Source: Octopus vulgaris (lineage: Eukaryota). From it: a DNA stretch of 64,000 nt. A program made the position numbers and the translations under genes. Positions 53,059 through 64,000 of this stretch are shown in pieces. The first letter of the stretch is position 1. Each line of letters opens with the position of its first letter. Where the stretch lies: contig OX597822.1 of assembly GCA_951406725.2 (NCBI GenBank), positions 36,766,001-36,830,000 on the forward strand. The letters run 5' to 3'. The notes beneath the pieces were generated by a model. It did not search any database, had not been told where the DNA came from, and saw nothing but the letters and a program-made list of their open reading frames with translations.

Positions 53059-53768
53059 TAAATAAGGATAAGATCATGTAAAGTATAATAGCCATCTCAA
53101 TATGGCTAACCACAAAGGCGGGGGATATTACTGTAGCTTTTAGCCCCAGGAGATCATCGTCTCCAGCTGGCTTTAGGCACACTATCTGTGCCCTTATGGT
53201 ATTTGCAAAGGGAGGCCATCCCTTTCTTGTAAGCCTAAGTGATACGCACCAGGCTGACAGTTTCGAGGTTGTTGCCTCTTATCAACAGGCGGTAATCACC
53301 GGATCACAATGAAAGAGAAAGCCTATATGCAAATATATAAGAGTTTATCTAGTAACTTCCATCACTGATTTCGAAAAACTGTCTGCATGCATTATTAAAT
53401 CTCAGAACGAGATGTAAACAGTAACCGCTCAACAATGTAAAGTATAATAGCCATCTCAATGTGGCTAACCACAAAGCGGGGTGGTGTTACTGTAGCTTTT
53501 AGCCCCAGGAGATCATTGTCTCCAGCTGGCTTTAGGCAGTTCGGTGCTTATCACTTAGGCTTACGAGAAAGGGATGGCCTCCCTTTCCAAATACCATAAG
53601 GGCACAGATAGTGTGCCTAAAGCCAGCTGGAGACGATGATCTCCTGGGGTTAAAAGCTACAGTAACACCCACCCTTTGTGGTTAGCCATATTGAGATGGT
53701 TATTATACCTTACATTGTCGAGCGGTTACTGTTTACATCTCGTTCTGAGATTTAATAAGGATAAGATC
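53059..53768. mobile_element. PLE-like terminal repeat cluster (direct + inverted copies)
   Basis: Unit at 53078-53250, partial direct copy at about 53392-53538, inverted copy at about 53542-53757. Degenerate hammerhead on the minus strand at about 53250-53292. Confidence 0.75.
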
Positions 53769-53990
53769 GTTAATTTAAAAATAAAATAACGATTTTATCA
53801 AGTGGTCAGTATGGAAAAAATAACCTTCAAAGGTAATAATTATTAAAATTATAAATTAGGGTATCTACGAGATACCACCATGCTGAAAATAGCAGCCATG
53901 ATCTGACTCTAAAACCACCTTTATTGTCCATATATCAACACGGAGAGAAAACAAAGAGACAAGATGAAACTAGTAAAAAATTATTGGATA

Positions 53991-54047
53991 ATTCTAGATC
54001 CCGGATTTCTGACTTTGCATTTAGTAATGCTTGCCTCGTCAGTGAAT
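53991..54047 (-). ncRNA. Hammerhead motif abutting CR1 ORF end
   Basis: Minus strand ATTCA-CTGACGA-GGC..GCATT(acta)AATGC..GTC-A-GAAA-TCC(g)GGA-T-C-T(a)GAAT. Confidence 0.65.
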
Positions 54048-55190
54048 TTTGGGAAACATGGAAGTTCTGAAGGATGTAGGGTCTCGAGAACTAATAACTA
54101 ATGCAGGTAATTTATTCCATGCTTTAGCAATTCTGAGCATGAAAAAAATATTTCTGAAAGTCATAGGTGATGTCCTGTTTTTTGATGTTGTAAGCATGAC
54201 CAAGGGTGTTAGACATATGGAATTCAAAAAGGCTCCCAACGTTGTTGTTGGAAAGATGGTGGATAATCTTGTGGGTGCCTACTGAGCCAGTTACCAATTG
54301 TCAGAGCTTTCATATGTCCATATCAAGGGAAGCAAGCTGTTCAGAGTATGGTAGATGCGTGATGGTGGGTATCCATCTGGTTAACAGGAAATTGATATGC
54401 CAAGCAAGATAGGTATTCCAGATTGGTGAGACAAACTCTAAGTGTAGACATACCATAGTCATATATACAGCTTTAAGTAGATAGCTGGAGAGTGGCTAAC
54501 AAAGGAACAAAAGTTTTGCTAAGTGATGCCAAGAAACCCTCGACCTTCTTGACAATTTTAGAGATGTGGCTTGTCCAATGCAAATTGCTGTTGACAATAA
54601 TGCCCAGGTCTTGTTCACTAGCAGATTTCTTAAAATTGGTGCTGTAGAGGGATTATATAAAAGCTAGGTCATCCTCCTAAAATGCATGGTGGTGCAGTTG
54701 TCCACTGTCAGCTGGAATTACCAGTTAATCATCCATTGCTATGGTGTGTCCAAGTCTGATTGCAGGAAAGATCTATAGTTTATAGAATATGTTCTTTATA
54801 TCTCAGGGTACAGCTTGATGTCATCTGTAATGTTCTTCAAGCTGGCATCTATATCATAAATATATGCCACAAACAACAGGAGTCAAAGAATAGATCCCTA
54901 TGGTACACCAGATTTCATCTTACAGGGTGAAGAATGCTGTCCTAAAAGCTGTGACTACTTCTTTTTGACTGAAAATGAAGGAACTCAACCAGTTTTAAAG
55001 ATCGTCTTTCACCCTCCTTACAGAGAGTTTTGCCATAAGTCATTCATGTGGCTCAAAATTGAAGGCTTTCACAAATTTAAGGTAGCCACCTTCAGTGATT
55101 CAGGTAACATCTTCAAGAAACTCAATGAGTTGGCCACAGCAGCTGGAATTAAGGATAAATCCAAATTGTGAGGGATGAATAAGGTTGTGA
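54045..55190 (-). mobile_element. CR1-clade LINE RT and 3' region, decayed
   Basis: GVP.GSIL, DDIKLY and FFMLRIAKAWNKLP on the minus strand. Confidence 0.85.
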
Positions 55191-55443
55191 GAATTCCAGA
55201 AAAGGAAAGTGAGAGTCGACCTTGAGTAGGAATTGGTCACTTCATCAACAACCTAAGGATAATTATTTCTCAATAAAATAATATGACGAACTGACAAACC
55301 CCAAAAGTGTAAATCAAAATTGTTCTCACATTGTTGATAAGTTTTTATACTTACAGACAATGTGAGGAAAATTTTATTCTTCTCTTTTTAAGACTAAGGA
55401 ATGTGATAAGAGAGACATTTAGCTGCTATAGCAAACAGACTAT

Positions 55444-55830
55444 AGGCGCAGGAGTGGCTGTGTGGTAAGTAGCTTGCTTACCAACCACATGGTCCTGGGT
55501 TCATTCCCACTGCAGCCTCGGGCCGACCAAAGACTTGTGAGTGGATTTGGTAGACGGAAACTGAAAGAAGCCTGTCGTATATATGTATATATATGTATAT
55601 ATGTATGTGTATGTATATGTTTGTATGTCTGTGTTTGTCCCCCCAACATCGCTTGACAACTGATGGTGGTATGTTTATGTCCCCCATAACTTAGCGGTTC
55701 GGCAAAAGAGACTGATAGAATAAGTACTAGGCTTCCAAAGAATAAGTCCTGTAGTCGATTTTCTCAACTAAAGGTGGTGCTCCAGCATGGCCTCGGTCAA
55801 ATGACTGAAACAAGTAAAAGAGTAAAGAGA
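55444..55830 (+). mobile_element. SINE family B
   Basis: Copy with an internal deletion. Confidence 0.9.
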
Positions 55831-55984
55831 GACTAATGTGTAGAGATTCACTTGTTAATATGCTATAACAATTTTTCAACGGTAGTATACTCGCTAACTT
55901 AATTTTAATTTATTCTGGACAAAATACAAATCTTGTATACGCGTATAGAAAAGGAAGCTATGTTTCATTTTAAAAGTATTCATT

Positions 55985-56173
55985 TATGCAGGTGTAGCTG
56001 TGTGGTAAGAAGTTTACTTGCCAACCAAATGATTCCAAGTTCAATCCCACTGTGTGATAGTTTGAGCAAGTGTCTTCTGCTATAACCCTGAGCCGACCAA
56101 AGCCTTGCGAATGCACTTAGTAGACGGTAACTTAAAGAAGCCAGTTGCATATAATGTATATATCTCTGTGTGT

Positions 56174-56223
<50 letters not shown>

Positions 56224-56425
56224 ATTAATGTTTGTCCACCACCACCTGACAACCGGCGTTGGTTTGTTTAATTCTCCATAACCTTACGATCCTACAAAAA
56301 GAGACAAGAGAATAAGTAGGAATCTTAAAAAGGGAAATAAAAAGAACTGCATTTGATTTGTTCCACGAAGCCCATCAAAGCTGAACTTCAGTATGACCGA
56401 AGTCTAATGACTGAAACAAAACAAA
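55985..56425 (+). mobile_element. SINE family B, diverged
   Basis: Diverged head and tail. Confidence 0.8.
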
Positions 56426-56879
56426 AGATTTACATTCCTACACGACTGACAGATTTTGAAGTTGGAGAAATACAGTGCAGTCTAAGGGCAATAACTCTGA
56501 AGGTTTCACGAAACAAAGCTAGCAGATTCATCCAAATTCAATATTAGTTATTAAACTGTAAGGCGGCGGGCGAACTGGCAGGATCGTTAACATAACGGGC
56601 AAAATGCCATGCCGTGTTTCGTCGATCTTTACGTTTTGAGTTCAAATGCCACCAGGATTGATTTTATCTTTCATCCTTTCGGGAGCAATAAAATAAGTAC
56701 CAGTTGAGCCCTGATATCAATTTAATCAACTTAGTACCTTCCCCAAAAGTGCTGTCCGTGTGCCAACATTTCAAAACCAATGTTAGTCATTAAGCTTTTC
56801 TTCTTTCTTTTTCCTGTTCACTGCATAGCTATTATCAATTAATTAGCTTATTGTCTTAACATTAAATAGATTATTTTCC

Positions 56880-57485
56880 TTACTAAGTTCTTCAACAGCT
56901 GAACCCATTTAAAATTCTTCAAGTTAAATGAATTTATGAAACCCTTCTCTCAGACGTTCCCTTAGACAGTCAAAATTAACTTTTTCTAGTACTTAACTAG
57001 TCACAGTCCTGCCCTTAAAAAATCGTATATATCTCTAATGAGCCTTAGATCATTCTGAAATGAAATTTAGACCAATCCTAAACCTTAGCACAGAGCCTTA
57101 ATAATTCTTAGCCCAGTTCAATGTTTACTAAGCTTTATTTCAGTCCTTAATAAACTTTCACCCTGTCCCTTAACAAGTATGCCAAGTCCTTAATGAGCTT
57201 AGTCTAGTCATACTTAGCCTTAATTGAGTCTTTAATTAACTTTAGACCAATGTTTAGTGATTTTAGTCCAGTTCTTAATGAACCATAGTCCAATGTTTAT
57301 GAGCCTTAGCACTGCCTTAAATGAATCTTATTTCAGTCCTTTATGAACCCTGGCTCTACTCTAATTTTATAGTCAAACCCTTAGTAAACTGTATTCCAGT
57401 CCTTAATAGATCTTAGTTCTCTTTTTAACAGTAATTACTTCAGCTGTTAATGAAACTTAGTCCAGTCCCTCATGAACCTCGATCC
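56880..57485 (+). repeat. Degenerate minisatellite of about 22 bp
   Basis: Recurrent CAGTCCTTAATGAACCTTAG-like units. Confidence 0.75.
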
Positions 57486-57489
57486 TAGA

Positions 57490-58362
57490 TGCTTCTGGTG
57501 GGTCGCTGTATTTAATTTGTTCAACTGAACAGTATGTATCTGAACTGATGGTCCTGTCTGTCAGGCGAAGCTCATTAAAATCAATACCCTTCCAATCCCA
57601 CCAAACTGAAAGCATAACTTTCTTCAGGGTGAAGTCCTGCTTTGGCGGTTGTTTGTGGTGGTTTGTTGCACTTCCCTACGATCTTTTGCCCTTCATGTTG
57701 TAACAGACAATTTTTCATCCCCTGTCACCTTTCTCTTCAAAACAAGATCGTTTTCTTCACGTTTCTGCAACAAACTGCAGATGATAATCATTTGGGAAAA
57801 GTTAGCCTTATTCTATTGATGTAGGACCCAAACATTGAGCCTGCTAATGCAACGAAGTTAATTCAGGCAGTTTTCAACACTCAATTTGGATATTTGGAAA
57901 ATAACTGTAATCATGCATATAATGGGTGTTTGTACTGACTAACTCCTTTATTTTGTCATTGTCAATCTCAGTTGGCCAACCAGAGCAAGGTGCATCTTGA
58001 ACCAGAATATTTCCTGATCGAAATCTCGAAAACCAATTTTGGCATACACATTCTATAACAGCATCCTCTCCAAACACAGCACATATCTTCTAGCAAGTTT
58101 CAGTTGCTTTCTTGCTCTTTATAAAATAAAGAAAAAAGCATGATGTGTTTTAAATGTTTGTTTTGTTCTCCATTTTCAGTGTAATCCCAAGCACAAAAAA
58201 TACTTCCTGTCTCATCACAAATTCATGTTAAAATATGTTGAAGTGTCAAGTATCTAACAAGTGTGCATGCACAAGGAACAGACAGACGTTAGCTACATAT
58301 TAGAGTGCTGTTTGAAGTTTAGTCTCAACAAAAACCAAATGAACTTTTTGACCAAGCCAATA
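57490..58362 (-). mobile_element. Decayed mariner element
   Basis: TIR-like TATTGGCTTGGTCAAAAAGTTC at the right end; VFGEDAV..CQNWFSRFRSGN...DAPCSGWP. Confidence 0.85.
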
Positions 58363-58386
58363 TATTATCACTTATATGTATGTATG

Positions 58387-58438
<52 letters not shown>

Positions 58439-58541
58439 TATATCATCATCGTTTAATGTCCGTTTTCCATGCTAGCATGGGTTGGACATGTATATGTGTG
58501 TGTGTGTATGTGTGTGTATGTATATATATGTATATATATAT

Positions 58542-58706
58542 ATCATCATCATCATCATCATCATCATCGTTTAACGTCCGCTTTCCATGCTAGCATGGGT
58601 TGGACGGTTCAACTGGGGTCTGGGAAGCCCGAAGGCTGCACCAGGCCAGTCAGATGTGGCAGTGTTTCTACAGCTGATGCCCTTCCTAACGCCAACCACT
58701 CCGAGA

Positions 58707-58710
<4 letters not shown>
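58542..58710 (-). mobile_element. RTE-tail-bearing short element ending in (GAT)n
   Basis: CCAACCCATGCTAGCATGGAAAGCGGACGTTAAACGATGATG on the minus strand. Relatives at 58442-58487, 52810-53040 and 63535-63635. Confidence 0.8.
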
Positions 58711-58758
<48 letters not shown>

Positions 58759-58767
58759 ATGTATGTA

Positions 58768-58820
<53 letters not shown>

Positions 58821-58921
58821 ATATATATATATATACACATTCGATATGTGACTGCATGTGTATCATTGGTGATTCTTTTTTTCCTCCATCTTCCCTTCCT
58901 TGGATTTTTCCTTTTCCTATC

Positions 58922-58954
58922 TTTCTGACGAAGAGCTCTGCTCGAAACGTTAAA
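58922..58954 (+). ncRNA. Minimal hammerhead motif with intact core
   Basis: TTT-CTGACGA-A-GAGC(tct)GCTC-GAAA-CG-T-T-AAA. Confidence 0.7.
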
Positions 58955-59061
58955 TCCTCCTTCTTTGTTTCCTTTCCTGAGCATCCAATAACACTATACT
59001 TGTTCCATGTCCTCGCGTTGCATTTTCTCTTTGTGTTTTCATGTTTGAACTTATATATATA

Positions 59062-59645
59062 TATATAATCAAAATAAGCAACAAGAATATCTTCGGTAAT
59101 TTGGTACGATCATTTCACGCTACATCATTTTATTAAACATTGTAAGTATTACAACAGTTTTAAAATGTTGAGCAATCATCAGCCATTTATAGAGGTTTCC
59201 CATCAATACATATACTTATTTTCATATTAATTGATAACATTATAAAGAGGGTAGATATATAGACAGAGATGTTGATTTGAAGGTTAAGAACATTAAGGTA
59301 TTAGAATTTATCTTCTGACTGAAGAATATTCTTTAAGTTATATTGAACTGCTAGAAAGTGGGGAGGGATATTCAGTTGAATGGAGACAAAAGAGATTTTC
59401 TATTTATAGAAGTAGGTAGGGGTGAAATAAATGTCAGAAGTTATTCCTAAAGAAATTAAAGTGGAACTGTATTGATGGGAAACCTCTATAAATGGCTGGT
59501 GATTGCTCAACATTTTAAAACTGTTGTTATACTTACAATGTTTAATAAAATGATGTAGCGTGAAACAATCGTACCAAATTATCGAAGATATTCTTGTTGC
59601 TTATTTTGATTATAATCACCCCATTTGAATCTAAATTTTGCTGAA
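59062..59645 (+). mobile_element. Fold-back PLE-like unit with about 145-bp arms
   Basis: 59064-59210 is inverted versus 59468-59614; TGAACTTATATA.. is repeated at both flanks. Confidence 0.8.
59493..59576 (+). ncRNA. Hammerhead motif with long stem II (inverted copy at 59102-59185)
   Basis: Consensus of the two arms: TGG-CTGATGA-(about 60 nt hairpin)-GAAA-CGATCG-TA-CCA. Each arm carries different point changes. Confidence 0.65.
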
Positions 59646-59669
59646 CTTATATATATATATATATATATA

Positions 59670-60110
59670 TAATAAAATATTAGGGAATAAATCCAAACTT
59701 ACAGGGAAAAATCAGATTTAGGATTGAATCCAATTTTATAGTAAAATATTATATTATATTAAATTAGAGATAAAACCACTATTAGGCAAATCAAACAATG
59801 AAAAACTTAAGCCAATACATAAAATTAATTAATTTATATTATTTTAAATATATATCAAAAGTATTAAAAGTTTAATAAAAGATAATGAGTAAAACACTAT
59901 GATCGTTTCATGGCTGTCCAATTCGTAATAATTCGAGTTATGGTTACAGCCAATCTTCAGGTAATTGAAATATTTATCTTAGCGAGGTTTAGCAATATAT
60001 ATTTTTGATATATATTTAAAATAATATAAATTAATTAATTTTATGTATTGGCTTAAGTTTTTCATTGTTTGATTTGCCTAATAGTGGTTTTATCTCTAAT
60101 TTAATATAAT
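59670..60110 (-). mobile_element. Fold-back PLE-like unit with about 105-bp arms around a hammerhead
   Basis: About 59753-59860 is inverted versus 60003-60110; (TA)n flanks. Confidence 0.8.
59895..59963 (-). ncRNA. Hammerhead motif between inverted arms
   Basis: Minus strand TAC-CTGAAGA-TTGGCTGT...ACAGCCAT-GAAA-CGATCA-TA-GTG. Confidence 0.7.
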
Positions 60111-62527
60111 TATATATATATGTATGTATGAAAAGTAGATCATCATAAGATAAATGTAAGAATCATTAAGTTTTAAACAAATCTGTCTGCATGAGAAATA
60201 TGTTACTGCCACTTTAAAGCTTCATAGTAAGAGTACATCAAGTTTAAAACATAAAACTTATCTCACTATCAATAAATTGCCATGGATTACAAATCTACAT
60301 CACGGTTTTCCAACTCCTTGTGATAACCAAACTTACAGCTACCTACAAATTCCTATAGTTACCAACACATGCCCTCATCAGTTTCCTCACATTCTGGGTT
60401 TCAGTTTTACAAAAATGTTGACTTTACAACAGACATGTAAAGTCTAAATTTTTTGAAATCTGTATTGAAAATGAAAGTACGATAAGAGAGAAACCTGATG
60501 GTTACCAGCTTATATCCATCACGTGAATACTGCACATATCCATATAACCATGTTTACTGTACACATTGATGCATGTAGGAAATGATAAACAGAATGACAT
60601 TATATTGTTTTATTTTATTTTATATTTTATTTCTGTTTTTAACAAAATCACCAAATTTGACAAACAAGTTACAATATGATTTCAAAAAATAAATAATGGA
60701 AAATAAATAAAACGCTTCAAACAAAATAGTCACAAAAAACAAAATATTTAATAATAATAATAATAGCAGCAGCATGTTGAATCTTAGTACAACCATGGGA
60801 GATTTTTATCTTCAATGAAGGATTCACTAGGCTGTTTTGTTATTGCTTTTTCGAGACCCATGGAAGGATTAAATATAGCAATGCAAACATACAAAATACT
60901 CCTCAATAATAATGTCCCTATTGCTTATTGCAAAGAATTACACATCCTTATTGTACCTATTTATATCTAGGTGGATTGAATTATTGGGAATCATCTTTGC
61001 CAAAGACACACCCCAGTCATTGTGATAGCATTATATTGTTAGTGTTTCTACCAACTGGTAATACTTCCCTCTATGTTCTCACTTTTCTTTTCAACTGAAA
61101 CTTGAAAAAGTTGATGAGGGTCTGGCCAATGAGGAATGTGTCATTGCTAATCATAAATAACACGCATAGTAAAACATCCAACTTGCTGTTACTTGAGGTA
61201 CCTGGGTGAGTCTTGAAACAGGTTATATAAAATAAAGCAGCAACAAAAAGTAGTAGTAGTAGTAGCAGTAGTAATGATCCTTTTTATTATAGGCACAAGG
61301 CCTGAAATTTGGGGCGATAGGACTAGTCGATCACATCGACCCTAATGTTTAACTGGTACTTATTTGATCAACCCTGAAAGGATGAAAGGCAAAGTTGACC
61401 TCGGCATAATTTGAACTCAAAACATAAACACGGATGAAATGCCACTAAGCATTTTGCATGGTGTGCTAACGATTCTGCCAGCTCGCTGCCTGGATGATAA
61501 TAGTAATGATAATCACAGATCAAAAAAAAAAAAACGTTAAAAATAAACAAATTCTTAAGACTAGTATGTAAAAAAAAATATTTACTTAGGGGTAACAAGT
61601 GTTCCCCCATGTTTTTGGTCTGATATCTTGTTAGGAGACACTTTGAATGCAAAAGACACACACAAAGGAAAAAGTAATAGAGAATAGGTTATGACTAGCT
61701 CAGTCAGCATGAAGGGAACCAAATAAGTATAGGAGCGTGGGGAGACAGTATCAGTTTCTTGTGTCACTTTGAAATATCTTGAAACGATATCACAGCAAAA
61801 TAAAATATTTCTTTTTCATTAATGAAATATGTCTAATGACAATGAAACTAATAACAGCTCTTCATTTACTACAAGAGCTTACAAGAAGCAAAAACATTAC
61901 TAAGAAGGGTGTGATGATTATATAAAGAAATTGATAAATAGAGGAAACTGTAACAGAAATAGAATCCCCAGAAAAGGGAGGGGATAACCACCTTCAAAGA
62001 ATAAAAAGAGATTGCTGTTCTCCCCACAAACCCATACTGAAGCTTGGATACAAATAAGGCCAGGATACAATGGATTTAATCAACCTCCAGTATATTGCTT
62101 GTATTGTGTATGAACTCCAAAGGATTCAGACAACACAAAGTTGACTCCAGAATGCAGAAGGATATAATAAGGCATTCGGTTACTCCTCTCTTTGTTTCTT
62201 AACTCACTGCCCTTGAAGAGCAAATAACATTTGTGCACTTTGACATAATAATAATAAATAATGATTTCTTTATTACTGGCATGAAGACAATTGGAGGGAG
62301 GACACTACAGAGACGAGTTACAAAATATGTGTGAGTCAGATGAATGCAACAGAAGATAAACTTTTTACTTCAAGTTTTTATAAATTTTTTACTGATATTT
62401 GATAAGATGAGATTCATTGAAACCAGTAATATTTTCTTCATATAATTTTTAAAATCATTTTTATTAAATTCCTTCTTAAATTGAAATGTCAGACATACTT
62501 CTGTGTTATTTCCACCTCCATATTTTA

Positions 62528-62582
<55 letters not shown>

Positions 62583-64000
62583 ACTTATACAGACATACAA
62601 ACACAAACATATATATATAAAAATGAAAAACAAGGTCTACCACCTAGAACCAAAACTAACAACAAAGAATTATATTTAATGTCAACAGGATACATAAAAA
62701 GATACAGTAAACATATTCACATACAGAATCAATCAGTTTAACAGTCTTTGGTTTCAATGAGTTGATTTAAATATAGGGAGGAGAGTTGTGTGTGTGAGTA
62801 TGTGTGTGTGTGTGTGTGTGTGAAAGAGAGAGAGAGAGTTTGTTTGTGTGTGGGTATTTGCTCATTCATTTTACATCTGTTTTTTCCGTGCCAGCATGGG
62901 TTAGACAAATACATTATTGAGGTATCACTTTACATCTAGATGCTACTCCTGTAGCCAACATTTACCTATTTTTATCAAGTAAGGGATTTTTAAAATTCCA
63001 TGTGTCTTTGAAAGCACAGAGCTATTTGTTAACTGGGAATTGTTAACACTCACCATATACATCCTGTGAATCAAAGAATTTAAGCTTTCACCTGGGCATA
63101 CACACAAACCTCAAACCACCAGGGACTGTATAAACATGAAGAGTGAAATTTTCTCATCATGTCCACACTTTAGAAAATATGTTGAGTGAGAAGTAAAAAT
63201 AAACCACCAAACAGGCTGGATGCACAGGCATCTCAACACTGATAACCCCTACATCTCAACTTCTATCAATGCAATAACCTTCCTACTGTTTGTTTGCCCT
63301 TTGTGCAGTTAATTTACAAAATTTTCACTTCTTGTAAGAGCCTAGCTCTATTTACTGTTCAGTAAATTATCTCCCTTTGATAATCTCTTGTGTTTTACAA
63401 ACTACATGTTCTCACTTAAACCTCACTTACTTCATACAGATTTGCTAACCCATCATGTTGACATTAACAGTTTGAGAAGTGGTGACATAAATTTAATATT
63501 CTGGCTGTGGCTTTTATTAATATATATATCAGATTGGAGCCTGGTGTGGCCTCCTGGCTTGCCAGTCCTCAGTCAAACCATCCAACCCATGCCAGCATGG
63601 AAAACAGACGTTAAACAATGATGATGATGATGATGACAAAGAGAAATAATAACTTACAGAAAACAGGTATGGTATTCAATGCTTTACAGAACATACACAT
63701 GTTTCAGCAAAATCCCATAATAATTACATAATGTAGTCTTGCACTATACCTAATTGAAGTGCAAGATTGCATAATGTTTCTATATCTGTTACGTAATTAT
63801 TGAGACATTTTGATGAAACATGTGTATGTTCTATAAAGCATTGAATACTGGAGTGGTGTGTGGAATCCACTATTCCGCCTGATCTTTGGTTATATGTCAT
63901 ACTTCACAGTGTCTTTTTTTGATACACACATACACACCCGCACATGCATATAAACATATATATACATATACACAAATACCCACAGACACACAGAAATGCA

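Noticed and set aside
60600-61250. Possible 3' UTR or exon of a neighbouring minus-strand gene
   Set aside because: AATAAA words are present, but no supportable ORF or splice structure.

Overview
AT-rich, microsatellite-dense eukaryotic DNA. The SINE/LINE content is characteristic of octopus (coleoid cephalopod) genomes; the taxon is inferred from repeat families. One host gene was reconstructed by hand, and the ORF track largely misses it. It is a 5-exon, + strand gene (CDS 27180-27209, 30115-30206, 32075-32282, 41915-42073, 43749-43865) with GT-AG introns and matching phases. It encodes a 201-aa secreted protein made of a signal peptide plus a single laminin-G/LNS-like domain. The rest is transposon debris: tRNA-derived SINEs of at least four families; R4/Dong, CRE, Tx1, RTE and CR1 LINE fragments; mariner, piggyBac-like and hAT-like remnants; and many Penelope-like (PLE) pieces. 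The main hidden signal is about 15 type I hammerhead ribozyme motifs. Several have intact cores, some have a CCGA core variant, very long stem II or palindromic stem III, and most sit in short fold-back PLE-derived units embedded in (TA)n/(TATG)n tracts. Several lie in sense orientation in the LamG gene's introns, each with an upstream antisense arm. Most ORFs in the supplied track are microsatellite artefacts. No searches or folding programs were run, and repeat boundaries are approximate.
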